From positions 124,001 through 149,534 of the forward strand of contig KE561054.1 in assembly GCA_000442015.1 (NCBI GenBank): 25,534 nucleotides of DNA, read 5' to 3'. This DNA is from Rozella allomycis CSF55 (Eukaryota). Positions 10,766 through 21,841 of this stretch are shown piece by piece; within the stretch, counting starts at the first letter, position 1, and every line of letters starts with the position of its first letter. The position numbers were made by a program, and so were the translations under genes. A model generated the notes under the pieces. The model was not told where the DNA came from. It did no database searches and saw nothing but the letters and a program-made list of their open reading frames with translations.

Positions 10766-11707
10766 CTACCTAGCGTTAAGCAAAGACAATATATCTAAAT
10801 GCAGCTCTTTCTTCGCTAATTGTTTACACTTCTCTTTACACTTTCTTAGATCAATCCGCCAATCGTCAAGAAGCAGCTTGACAACTTCACAATGTCCTGC
10901 CTTACAAGAATTTATCAGGCACGATGAAAATGACGCATTTGGATTTACTCGAACATCGCTTAAAAGAATTTCGACAACCTTGGCATGTCCAGCTTGACAT
11001 GCCCATCGTATCGCCGCATTGTTTTCTGCTGTAGGATCAACCCTCTTGTCAGAAATTAAATATTTAACAATTTCATCATGACCAAAACTTGAAGCCCACT
11101 TTATTGCATGATTATCAAAAACGGCCGGATCTACTTTGTCAGTAGAAACTAAATATTCTACAAGGTCAAAATTGCCATTTTCGCAGGCAATCACAAATGA
11201 ATCTTTACAAAAAGATTCGTCGACAGCAAACAAGAGCATTAAATTTGGGATATAATCCGCATGTTTAGATATACTCATAACTGCTTCATGGACTTGCTCG
11301 CGATTGTAAAATGATGGGTATTTCAAAATTGCATTTAAAGCTACATAATTACACTTGAACATTTCAATCAAATTAATTTCAGTACAACTAAAGCAAAACG
11401 ATTTGTGTTTGACCAAGACTTCTATACAATCAGTCCAATGGCATTTAAGAGCCATAATAAGGGCTTTATTGTTTAATATTGACACATTCATATGTTTTAA
11501 AAGTAAAATAAAATGCAGCATTTTAATGTTTTTGTTGTTGATACAATGAAACAGCGCAAAACACTGATCCAATAGTGGGTCGTGCGCGAAATTAAAATTT
11601 GCTAGAATATTTCTGTGAATAATTGCAAAATTCAGAGAACTTTTAAAGTCTAGTTGTGAAAATATTTTAAAATATATGTCTGGGTGTAAATCGCACACCT
11701 TTGTCAT
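10766..11707 (-). CDS. Ankyrin-repeat protein with N-terminal F-box-like segment
   Basis: Intronless 313 aa ORF. Starts CDLHPDIYFKIFSQLD (F-box-like) and carries repeats DPAVFDNHAIKWASSFGHDEIVKYLISD and DPTAENNAAIRWACQAGHAKVVEILLSD. Confidence 0.85.
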   Translation of the reverse strand: MTKVCDLHPDIYFKIFSQLDFKSSLNFAIIHRNILANFNFAHDPLLDQCFALFHCINNKNIKMLHFILLLKHMNVSILNNKALIMALKCHWTDCIEVLVKHKSFCFSCTEINLIEMFKCNYVALNAILKYPSFYNREQVHEAVMSISKHADYIPNLMLLFAVDESFCKDSFVIACENGNFDLVEYLVSTDKVDPAVFDNHAIKWASSFGHDEIVKYLISDKRVDPTAENNAAIRWACQAGHAKVVEILLSDVRVNPNASFSSCLINSCKAGHCEVVKLLLDDWRIDLRKCKEKCKQLAKKELHLDILSLLNAR

Positions 11708-11823
11708 GAAAACTTAAAAGTGAAAATCGGGAACGGAAATTTAAAGTTTAGATTAGAGATTGAGCATTAGCTTTCATGCCTATTAAAGGGAAAGACGCTT
11801 TTGGAATGATTTGAGTTTTTGGG

Positions 11824-12521
11824 ATGAATGCTGGAAGAGCGTCGAGAAGAAGATACTCCACGGGTTCATTTTTAGGACCACACGAAGATGTTAAACGAGA
11901 AGAGAATAAAGACAAATCAAACGATGATTCTGATGTAAATGCATTTCAAGTCCCTAAGAATATATGTTTTCTGTGCGGGGGGAAAGGGCATTGGGCAAGA
12001 GAAGTATTTATTTATGCTATATGTGACATAGTGTACTTCATTGCCTAAACCATTTCAAAATGAAAATTCTCCTACATGTTACAAATGCGGGGGTAAAGGT
12101 AAACTTTCATTTTATGAAGTAGAGGTCATTTTGCTCGCACCTGCGCGAGTGGATCTTTAAAGAAGGCAAGATCTATGTGGGCAAGATATCAAGGATTGCA
12201 TATCGGAGAGTCCACGGAAAGCAATTATCCCAATATATCATTTGATTATGCTTACGATCAATACCAACCCCACATTTGTGTTGGGGGAACCACGTACTTT
12301 TACGATCCATTCATTCCTAAATTCAAGGAGGAGGAGGGTTAGTTAANTGTGATACAATTGAAGAGATTCGCACAGACAATGAAGGCGATAACACATCGGA
12401 ATTATCTTCTGGTAACGGAGAAAATAATATTACTGGGGACAACAACGTACTGAATGAGTCAAATTGTAACTTTAGAAATGAAAATGATATTTTTCTTGCA
12501 TATTTAATAAATTATTTTTAA
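11824..12521 (+). CDS. CCHC zinc-knuckle nucleic-acid-binding protein (two knuckles)
   Basis: CFLCGGKGHWAREC and CYKCGGKGHFARTC appear after removing introns 12004-12031 and 12099-12124. A third intron at 12338-12363 is inferred. The 3' end is less certain. Confidence 0.75.
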
Positions 12522-12577
12522 TTAAATCTGTTTGGTGAAATGGCCACTGTTTTGGATTTGAGAATTTTCTGTTAATA

Positions 12578-14974
12578 ATGGACTTTCCTTTTCTTTACAG
12601 AGTAGCACAAAAACTAGAGAAAAGTGGAGTTTGGAAGCAATATTTACCTCAAAATTTTGAAGAACTGCTCAGCTCGAGTGTGGAGAGTTTGGATCGATTC
12701 AAGGAATTTCTCCTAGAGCCAATAACGAATGATTTTCTGGTCAAAGATTATGCTAGATTCAAAATATCGTCTATGATTCACGAACAACTTATATATGAAT
12801 TATTTCCTGAATGTCCTGATAAATGGAAAAGAATGAGTGATGCAAAAAGTGTTGAAGAAGATTTTGCGATAATCGTTGATGATATGTACTATACATTAGA
12901 AGATGACATAAATGACATTGAAAATGATTTTAAAAAAGACCACGTAAACGTTTTAATTAAATTCGATCATAGATGGAGAAAGATAGTAATGAGGAGGCTA
13001 GGAAATTGAACTTTAGATTGGGGGCTGAGACTCCAGTCAATGATAATGAAAACATGATTGGATTAAAATATTTGTTAGCTGAAATTGATAGAAATCATAC
13101 TGGCAAATCCAGCAGAGAATTAAAAACACTACTTTTAGAAGTTCGCCCTAATAGATCAAAATGGGCGAATGAAGGGAAGGTTGGACAAGAAGAGCTATAC
13201 GATACCTGCGAAAAAGTTTTAGCTCAATTAAAACTCTACACACCCCACGTCACCCCCTTTCTAAACAAAGTGAGTAAAAAAGATGCTCCGGACTATTATG
13301 ACGTTATAAAAAACCCTATGGATTTAGGAACCATGGCACGAAAGTTAAAATCATTCGAATATCAAAGCAAAAGTGAGTTTGCTTCAGACTTGAACTTGAT
13401 TTACACAAATTGCATCCAATACAATTCATCCCCTGTAATAAAATAGTATAGTGAAAACAAAAGGATAGCATTTATCGTATCCATGCTACGAAATTAAAAG
13501 AAAAATATGAGGAGCTGCTCAAATTTGTTCCAGATATAGAAATCAAAGACAGAGATGACTTGGAGGAAGATGAAAGCGAAAGTAAGATTTTATTGACGAG
13601 TGAAACAGTTGTGTCAGTTGTAGACGACGGTCAATTTTCAAAATTTCCGGATTTACCTGATCAGCCATCGATTGGTGATGAAGACTTGGCTTTTGAGGAT
13701 ATGGACAATGAACCTTTAAATATCAATGAAATTCTTGATCCTTCCATGCCACTTTTGCAGGATATACAAGAAATTAAATTCAAATCGGTTTCATTCGAAA
13801 TACGCACGAATTACTTATTGAATAGAAAGACCCTGGTTTCCAACAGAAAGTCCGAATTTTCAAGAAATATGATAAGCCCGCCCTTAAATTCAGAGTTTAA
13901 CTTTTTTCCTGAATTTCAATTTATTTCTGGATGCATTCCGGACTCATTATGTTTTCCTTATCATAGCATTCGAATGAGTCGTGAAAATTTGGATTCCTTT
14001 GAAGAAAGACCTAGATATTCCAACTTTCGATCTGCTCTGCCTAATTCAAAAGCTTTGGAACAAATATGTTCCACTATTAAATCATTACAAAACATTCGAA
14101 ATCTATGCGATCAAATGGAACTTTTGCCAGATAATACACTTGTTCCAAGGCAATACTCAATGCCATCATATACACCTCAATTCGAAGAGCTTTATCAAAG
14201 TGATATAACAAACCACCTATGCAAATCACTGCTAGAGTTAAATTTGAATTGCCTCTTGACATTTCATGGCTTTGAAGGCGTCCAAACCAATGCTCTCTTT
14301 CTACTTTCAGACATTTTTGTTTCACTATTTTCAGATCTTGCAAGAACATTAAAAACCTATTTTGAAGTTTATTCAAAGTCGAAAACTCTCCAAGTAATAA
14401 AAATGGCTAGACGAGAAAGGAAATTTTGCAATTGAGTCTTAACGCGACATTTAACCTGAAATTAAAAGACATTGCAGAATACATCTGCGATTTTTACGTT
14501 TCATATCCAGCCACGTTAGATGATCTGGAGAATAAACTTTCGTCGACGTTTGACAAAATATTTCACCCAGAGACATTTGATTTTACTTTAAATGAAGAAG
14601 ATTTTATTTCTGGGAACTTTGCTGAATTGGCTGGGATTGACATTTTTGGTTTGAGGGATTTGGGTATTGATGCAACTTCAATACCAGAGTCCTTGTTTAA
14701 CCCCTCTAGAAAAAAGTCATCAAAACGATTAATAGATTCGTAAAAAGATTTTTAATATCTAATAGCAATACCCCCAATAAGACCTTCAAACCACATCATC
14801 AATTGCCGTCATTATCAGAAACAACTTTCATCGGTCTTTTAGCGCCTATTGTTAATGAAAAAACTAAGAATAATGCTTTAGTTGATGTAAGGTTAAATCA
14901 ATTAATTACTATAGGAACATTTGTCACATACTAAAGCAATTAAACCAAGGCCAGTAAAAAAGTCTAAAAAATAA
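12578..14974 (+). CDS. SPT7: SAGA complex subunit Spt7 (bromodomain + histone fold)
   Basis: RSKWANEGKVGQEELYDTCEKVL precedes a bromodomain (PFLNKVSKKDAPDYYDVIKNPMDLGTM...NCIQYN). Also a histone-fold region (HGFEGVQTNALFLLSD) and DIFGLRDLGI. Introns 12944-12972, 13435-13463, 14394-14419, 14740-14765, 14887-14914, and possibly in-frame 13582-13608. Confidence 0.88.
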
Positions 14975-15087
14975 ATTAAAAATTTTGTACGTAATGATCA
15001 CTGTATACTCATAAATGTATAATTGTACCCACAATAGTTCTGGATAAGACAAGTTCGATTAAAGTTAACCTTGAGATTGGATATCAA

Positions 15088-15160
15088 GGGCTCATAGCTC
15101 AGTTGGTAGAGCGCACGCTTTGCATGTGTGAGGCCCCGAGTTCAAACCTCGGTGAGTCCA
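15088..15160 (+). tRNA. tRNA-Ala(TGC)
   Basis: 73 nt cloverleaf. Acceptor GGGCTCA/TGAGTCC has the G3:U70 Ala identity pair. D arm GCTC-AGTTGGTA-GAGC, anticodon arm CACGC-TTTGCAT-GTGTG, T loop GTTCAAAC. An oligo-T Pol III terminator follows. Confidence 0.97.
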
Positions 15161-15341
15161 ATTTTTTTTGGTTCTCAATTTTCTAATTTGATGCGAACCA
15201 ATGATCTCGATATCCCTAATCTGTTTTATTTTCAATAAAATTTAATACAGAGCTTTTAAAACACTTATTTTTAAGCGAATTCGACGGTTGACCGATTTAT
15301 TGTGAAATATATTGGAAATTGTGTTAACTGTTATTGTCCAC

Positions 15342-16007
15342 ATGGAAGCGAAAAGACCAACAATTGAATTTTTCTTTGACATTCTTAGCGCATATTCCTA
15401 CATTGGCTTTGAAACACTACTTTCTTTAGATTGGGAAGTCAACATTGCACTTAAACCATTCCTACTGTTTAAAGTAAGCAAGGAATCTGGTAACATACCA
15501 CCGGCGATGATTAAATCAAAAAGATCATTTGTTTTAAGAGACCTGCAAAGACAAGCAGGCCACTGTGGAATCAAATTCTGTGTGCCCAAGAGATTTCCTA
15601 TTAACACCATTCCAATTATGCGATTCTTGGTACTGTTAAATGAAACAAATCGCATAGCAGCCTTCAAGGCCACAAAGGTACTTTTCAACTTATATTGGGG
15701 ATGTGGATTTGATGTATCAATATTTGCCAATGTCGTTGAAAAGCTTGCTTACGAAACTGGGTTTTCGAAAGATGAGTTGGCTGGTATGTACAAAAAATCT
15801 AACGAAGATGAAAATTACTTACAAATCCTAGATAAGAATTGCGCAGAAGCACTTGATGCAGGTGCATTCGGTGCTCCAACAATGCTGGTTAAGCTTACTT
15901 CCGCCAGTCATAAAGAATTTTTCTTTGGAAGCGATAGATTCCATCACATACAAGAATATTTGGAATCGGAACAGCCCGCTTTGATTCCCTCAAAGTCAAA
16001 ACTTTAA
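15342..16007 (+). CDS. GSTK1: Glutathione S-transferase kappa (DsbA-like/HCCA isomerase family) with C-terminal SKL
   Basis: Motifs IEFFFDILSAYSYIGFE, SGNIPP, GAFGAPTM and FFGSDRF. Protein ends ...SKL*. Confidence 0.9.
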   Translation: MEAKRPTIEFFFDILSAYSYIGFETLLSLDWEVNIALKPFLLFKVSKESGNIPPAMIKSKRSFVLRDLQRQAGHCGIKFCVPKRFPINTIPIMRFLVLLNETNRIAAFKATKVLFNLYWGCGFDVSIFANVVEKLAYETGFSKDELAGMYKKSNEDENYLQILDKNCAEALDAGAFGAPTMLVKLTSASHKEFFFGSDRFHHIQEYLESEQPALIPSKSKL

Positions 16008-16297
16008 TAAATCCATGTGAATCTTCTAAATGTATTCCTCAAGTCTCAACCATATAATACTTTTATATTTAACTTTGAGGCGGGATGTGATTAACAAACC
16101 CCGCCTTTAATGGGGTTTGAAAAATGAAGCTGAGCCCAAAACCAATTGAGCAAAAGGCCTTAGCTTTAGTGGACTGATATTGCACATAACGTATCCTAAT
16201 CCTTGATAATATTCTACAAAAATTTTTTTTGAAAAAGTCAAAGATTTATTCATGTCAGTAAAAATCGATATTACCCTTTTTCATATTTTCCGGTTTT

Positions 16298-16714
16298 ATG
16301 TTTGACTTTGATGACTATTTTTCAAGGCAAAATAAAAGACATGACTGGTACAACTATGCGACAATTCCAGAACCTGCTGACACATTAGTTAACGATCTGG
16401 GTAGAAGTATATTTGTATTTTCAAAGGGCACGGATCACTAATGCGTGAGCATTTTAGTGATACACGTAGATCAGAATCTTTAGTATATAGATTGTTGAAA
16501 AGAAATAAAAAGCAGCCACTGGAGCTTTTGGGTGAAGCGAAAACTAGTTTAGATCAAAAGTATGGTACGTTTGTTCCACTATAATATTAATACAGAAGTA
16601 AAGAAAGCTGAGTTTGATGGAAATTTGAAAAGAGAAATAGAAGAAGAATTGAATTTGTTTGATGACCATTTTTTTCAACAGTTGGAAAATAATTTCATGA
16701 AACTTTGCCAGTGA
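16298..16714 (+). CDS. Hypothetical protein (~119 aa), acidic/helical
   Basis: Exons 16298-16400, 16427-16564 and 16596-16714 are joined by 26 and 31 nt GT-AG introns into an open frame MFDFDDYFSRQ...NNFMKLCQ*. No family recognised. Confidence 0.5.
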
Positions 16715-16878
16715 AACAAGTTCCAAGTGTTTTTTGAGATTAATAAATTTAAAAAGATATTTTTAGATGAATAAAGTAAAAAAAATTTGAGATGAAGTTA
16801 TAAACCATCAAAAATCTTAGACCTTAATGTGAATAGTATTATATTGAATTAATATATCAGTATTGAACTAATTACTCA

Positions 16879-18257
16879 TTAGATATTTATTGTGTTGGCT
16901 AAACTTAAGATTTCACTACGGGAATATTTAGCTCCATTTTCTATTTCTTTTCGATGTATTCGTATTGCAGATTCCCAATTAACATAGTTATTTATTGGCA
17001 ACATGTCGTGCTTAGATTCATGATCTAATTGTTTATCCATGTCCTCCAATATTGCGTCTGCAGTAATATTGGCATCCATCTATGATTACCAGAACTAATT
17101 ATTTTACCATAGTAGATGCCAAAACTCCGCTTGGTCCTCTTTTGGCCCAACCAGCAGAGTAAAGCATGCAATGGCTGTCATTTGTCAATAATTTTCCAGT
17201 TGGATGAGTGATTTTGGAATTTTCTATAAGAGTGTCGATATTTTCTTGTGCGTAACCGATGCTACTAATGATTAAATCAGTCTCAATGTGTTCATGCTCA
17301 CCAGATGGGACTAATATATCATTTTGATTCCTATATTTGCCTACACTCATAGTTAAATGTTCATTCATTTTATGAACACATTTTGGGACCCTCATGAATT
17401 TAAATTCTAATGTTTTCTTTTTGATATTGCTAGCATCACTGGCCGAACTTAGAAGAAGATCTACGACTCTCTTTTTTGATTTTGACAATACGCTTGGTTC
17501 TGGATATATTTCTCTCTTATTTAATTTTATCTGAACATCATTGATGTTTGTAATTTCACGAATTTCTTTTGCTGTAAACTGAACCTACGAAATACTCAAA
17601 TGGTTTTTGTTACGTCATAAATAGACTTTCGTCCAATGATTAAAACTGTATTTATGGAATTGGAAAGATTTTCCAAGAATCCTTTATTAATATCCGTATT
17701 CTCTAATTCAGATTTAGGTTTCAGGAGCATTCTGGCAATGTCTAATGCTACATTACCATTTCCAATTATTGTGACGTGTTTAATTTTCGAAATTTTTTGG
17801 ATTAATTCAACATTATTTTTATCATTCGGCTCCGTGTTGTACAAAGCGACAAAGTCGACGGAAGTTACGATGTGTTCACTCCCATGGATGTGCAATTTGT
17901 TAGCCCCAGTCGCACCACTTGCCAAAAGAATAGAATTATATCGTTCGCATAATCTTTTTAACGGGATGTGTGTTTGATGAGAGAGAGGCTTCCTTAAATC
18001 ACCAATCAACACGTTTCCATAAAAATTCTTTAGGCTTTTACCGATTTCAATAAACTTTGACATGCAAGCCTTTCTATTCATTTTAATTAAGATACCTTCA
18101 CTTCTGGATGGTCTGGGGCGACACCATATTTTACCAGGCCAAATGGCAAAGGATGGCGTTCGAACATATCAATATGTATAGGAAATTTGGCCTTTTTAAT
18201 TAGTCTTTGAATACAGTAAAATGCTGCTGGTCCGCTTCCAACAACGGCGAGTCGCAT
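16879..18257 (-). CDS. ARH1: NADPH:adrenodoxin (ferredoxin) oxidoreductase
   Basis: Motifs MRLAVVGSGPAAFY, PFGLVKYGVAPDHPEVK, IIGNGNVALDIARML and GWAKRGPSGVLASTM. Introns 18070-18095, 17585-17613, 17080-17107. Confidence 0.93.
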
Positions 18258-18315
18258 TGATCAGTAAATTTCAAAAATCCAAACAACCTTCAGTATTGCC
18301 GCAACAAACACCAAT

Positions 18316-18851
18316 ATGGCGCAAACCAAAACTCCAGAAATTACTTCGACTCAAAAGTTTTTGCAAGCGGAACAAGAACTATATGAACTGGTATGCAGGA
18401 AGAAACAGGTCGACTTAAACTTGGCTCAACTTGAAACTCAATTATATCATTTTGAAAACACATATCTTGAAGATACAGCGCTAACAGGAAATGTTATAAA
18501 AGGCTTTGATGGCTATCTAGGCTTAAGGTCAGAGAAAAGACGAGGCATCAGAGATAGCGATAGATTATTCTCTAATTCTTCTGTAACATACCCAAAAGTA
18601 AGCCACTAAGATTATTTTTAAAGGCTTTAGCAATGCACTCAGAGACAGCGGTTACAGTGGAAAGGCCTTATTCTCCTGCAAATGATGTCCCGACTAGTTC
18701 AGGCGATGAAGCAGTAAGAAAAAGAAGAAGAAGAAAATCAAATTTCAAGGCAAGCATCGAAGACAATGAAGACTCTGATGATGAAGAATTTAAGGTTGGT
18801 CGAAAGAACATGACTACATCCGCTGTGTCCGACGAAGAAACAATCAATTAA
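18316..18851 (+). CDS. EAF6: NuA4/NuA3 histone acetyltransferase subunit Eaf6
   Basis: LAQLETQLYHFENTYLEDT..GNVIKGFDGY...DRLFSNSSVT. Intron 18598-18623. Confidence 0.9.
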
Positions 18852-18915
18852 TCGTTTCCCCTATTAATAAATTAATAAGAAATCGTTTATTTATTGAAAT
18901 GTAAGTTTTAATTAC

Positions 18916-19559
18916 TCAACCAATCATGCTTCGCTTCCTTCCCCGCAATCTTACTTCTTCCAACTTTATTACTATGCTCTCTGGGTTTGAAACCTTTTTA
19001 AAATAACTGGAGATAATTGTTTCAAAAAAGTCTTTGTCGTTAGGATGAGAGCTATCGAATGCGCGTTCAAGAACGTAAAGGTCTACAGCCTTGTCTTCGG
19101 CCAAGGAAGATATATATCCCAATCCAAAATCGATGAAGACCTATTTGAATATTATTGTGATTTTACAATTTCATTGGAAGAATTTTCTACCAATATATTT
19201 GAAGTGGTTAAGTCACCGTGAATTATGTCACAAGAATGTAACTTTGCAATAGATTCTCCAATGCTTTCAGCTAAATATGCATGACTGCTTATACACGATT
19301 TAAGTGGCCTCCCAGAAATATGTTCCATTGCTAATATACTTTCCTGTGTATCAACCCAGTACAAAACAGGTGTTCTTACGTCACATGACGCAGCCTTGAC
19401 TAATAGCTTTGCCTCCTGTGATAATCTTGACTTTGTAATGTTTTGATCTAAAATATGATGTCTATAATTTTTAGATTCTCTCTTCTTTAATATTATCTTA
19501 TCGAAATTCTTGAAACTTTGAGTAAAAGTCGACGCTTCAGCACCTTGGGAAATCAGCAT
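18916..19559 (-). CDS. BUD32: KEOPS complex kinase Bud32/TP53RK
   Basis: QGAEA, KNYRH..LD, IIHGDLTTSNIL, intron 19141-19166, then IDFGLG, EDKAVDLYVLERAF and VRLRGRKRSMIG*. Confidence 0.95.
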
Positions 19560-19575
19560 CCTGGAAAAATCTTAA

Positions 19576-19974
19576 ATGAAAATTCTACATGATCGGGTAG
19601 TGTTTCTTTCAGATGCCGAGGTTTATGATCATTTGAAATACGTTAGTAAAACTAAATGTTCTGTTGTATATGAAGTAATTTCTTATGACTGGGATTTTAG
19701 ACACAAATGTTTTTTGAAAAATGTAATATTGAAGTCACAAGGCTCTCTAAAGAGAAAATTTTAAGAATAAATGAAACCTTGAAAGCTTTCAACTTAACGC
19801 CTGCAGAAAAACTTCAAATATTTAACATGTTGCCAACATCTATGGTTGAATTGATATGCGTAATAATATTCCAGTAATTTCAATAAGATTATAGAAGAAT
19901 GCGAAGAACGCTTCCAGCCCAATGATTTACAGGAAATAATCGACGCTATTACTGAGGTCAAAAATGTTGAATAA
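19576..19974 (+). CDS. RPC17: RNA polymerase III subunit C17 (CRCP, Rpb4 family)
   Basis: MKIL.....LSDAEVYDHL at the start. After introns 19675-19700 and 19860-19887 it reads LTPAEKLQIFNMLPTSMVELICIIEECEERF. Confidence 0.88.
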
Positions 19975-20157
19975 ATTTTGAAATTTGATTTGAGTTTCCA
20001 ACTTTTATAATTTATACTATTCTTTTCCACTATATTTTAAAATTTAACTTCAACTTTTCTGCCCTTGGCCCATAGAAGTCAGAACGAACAGATTGATCTG
20101 ATTAACCCGTCAAGATGGCATAAATTAGTCGAATTACCAGTTTAAAATCTCGTCATC

Positions 20158-20545
20158 ATGAAAGTTAAGGTAACAGACTTTAATAGAGCTTAGATAGTTA
20201 AGTGAAAAGGAAGCGACAGATTTAAGAAATCAACTTGAAAATGTGCTTGAAGGTATTAGAAATGAAATTGTAAAGGCGAAAATGGAATTTTTGTCGACAA
20301 CAGATGCTCAAGGGAAAAGAGTATTGATCGAGAACGAATTTAATCAACTTCTCGATGAAAGAAAGGAGGCATGGGACCTTTTGCTCAAATACTATCAGGA
20401 TATTTTAAAAGGGAAATTAATTATTGGTAAAATCTTAATATATTCGCGTTGAAAAGTTAAGAAAAGGAAGTTCAAATCGATATCTAGCGACAATGAAGAA
20501 GATGAGACTGACAACGAAAATGAAGGCGACATGAATGAAGAATAG
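20158..20545 (+). CDS. Hypothetical small coiled-coil protein with basic NLS-like motif and acidic tail
   Basis: GT-AG introns 20170-20197 and 20427-20456 give MKVKLSEKEATDL...VKKRKFKSISSDNEEDETDNENEGDMNEE*. Confidence 0.55.
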
Positions 20546-20660
20546 TTTATAGCATTAATAAATGTTAAAAAATCGTATTAATATAGACTAAAATATATTT
20601 TCTCATGATTTCGTTTTTCCCATGTAGTAGCGAGGTCGGAGATATTCTGCTAACCAAGAA

Positions 20661-21822
20661 ATGTCATACTTGAAAGAACTAGAGGAAGTTTTGTACCGAA
20701 AGAAACGAGATCCGCAAAAGACACACACAATTATATTTGAAGATTTTACTGTACAGGATTTGAATACTCCTATGAAAGATATTGATGAGATATTGGATGA
20801 TCTTAATTTACTGATAGCAAAAACAAAAACAAGCAATTTATCAAAAGAAAAGGAAATAAATCAAAATCAAGTAAAGGAAGAACCTATTATACCACCTCAA
20901 TTAACGCCCATGAAACCTTTGAGAACTGCACCAGAACCTCCTAAAAAGGTTTCACAGTTAGCGTCGAGATCGGAAAGTCTCAAAGACTTTACTAGTTCTA
21001 CAGGCAATCAATTTGAGAAAATCAAAGGTAGTTTAATGAAGAAGGCTACTGTAAAAATATATATTGAGAATTTTGATACCTATAAAACGCTTGTTGTGAC
21101 TACTGTTATGACATGCGGGTTTATAGTACAAAAATTAAGGGATATGCTTAAAATATCTCAAGAAGACTATTACATTTATGAACTTTGCTTTGATTTCTTT
21201 GCCGGTACATCAATATCCTTCATGTGAATAAGCAAGACCTTTAAGATACGAAGAATCTTTAATGGATGTGCTTGCCAGTTGGGAAGAAGAAACAGAAAAC
21301 ACACTTTTGTTTAAGAAATGCAATTTTCCTCTGGGTTTAACAATTTCTGATGCAGTAACGTGATAAAGTTGTTTTAATTAGCAAAAAATACCCATGGCGT
21401 ATGGATATGCACAAATTGAAGGGAAACGAAACAAGTGGAACAAAAGATTTATCCAAGTTACTCCCAGGATTATATTTCACTACAAGGACGCCAATGTAAC
21501 TTGCATTATCTATGAATAGTTTAAGAAGACCGACGGTGAACTACTGTGTGATTTAATCAACTTTGAACCATACAAATTGACAGAAATCAATAGAAATTAT
21601 CCAACCAAAAATGTTCTGATCTTAAAATCTACTAGTCCCCTAAGGTCTTTTGAATTGATAGAAGATTACATTAAGTTTATTTGTTTTGACTCAGAAGAAA
21701 AGCTTAATGATTGGCTGGCGTCGATTCGTTTCACGAAACTACAACTAATCAAAGGAAGCGATAAAAAATTAGAGAAAAAAGAAATGTTAAAATCATTTTC
21801 AAGGTCTCAATCATATTTATAA
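20661..21822 (+). CDS. Ras-association (RA) + PH domain adaptor (Grb7/MRL-like architecture)
   Basis: Pro-rich linker, then RA-like VKIYIENFDTYKTLVV...IYE...RPLRYEE, then PH-like KWNKRFIQV...FHYKD...FICFDSEEKLNDWLASIR. Introns 21205-21232, 21355-21381, 21496-21525. Confidence 0.75.
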
Positions 21823-21841
21823 ATATTAAATAAGTAATAAA

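Noticed and set aside
11824-12160. CCHC knuckles as a retrotransposon gag remnant
   Set aside because: The gene has normal introns, and no protease, RT, integrase or LTR sequence is nearby.
16120-16180. SECIS, tRNA-Sec or TPP riboswitch reading of the hairpins
   Set aside because: There is no 3' GA partner for a SECIS core, no anticodon, T or acceptor arms for tRNA-Sec, and the conserved 3' half of a TPP aptamer is missing.
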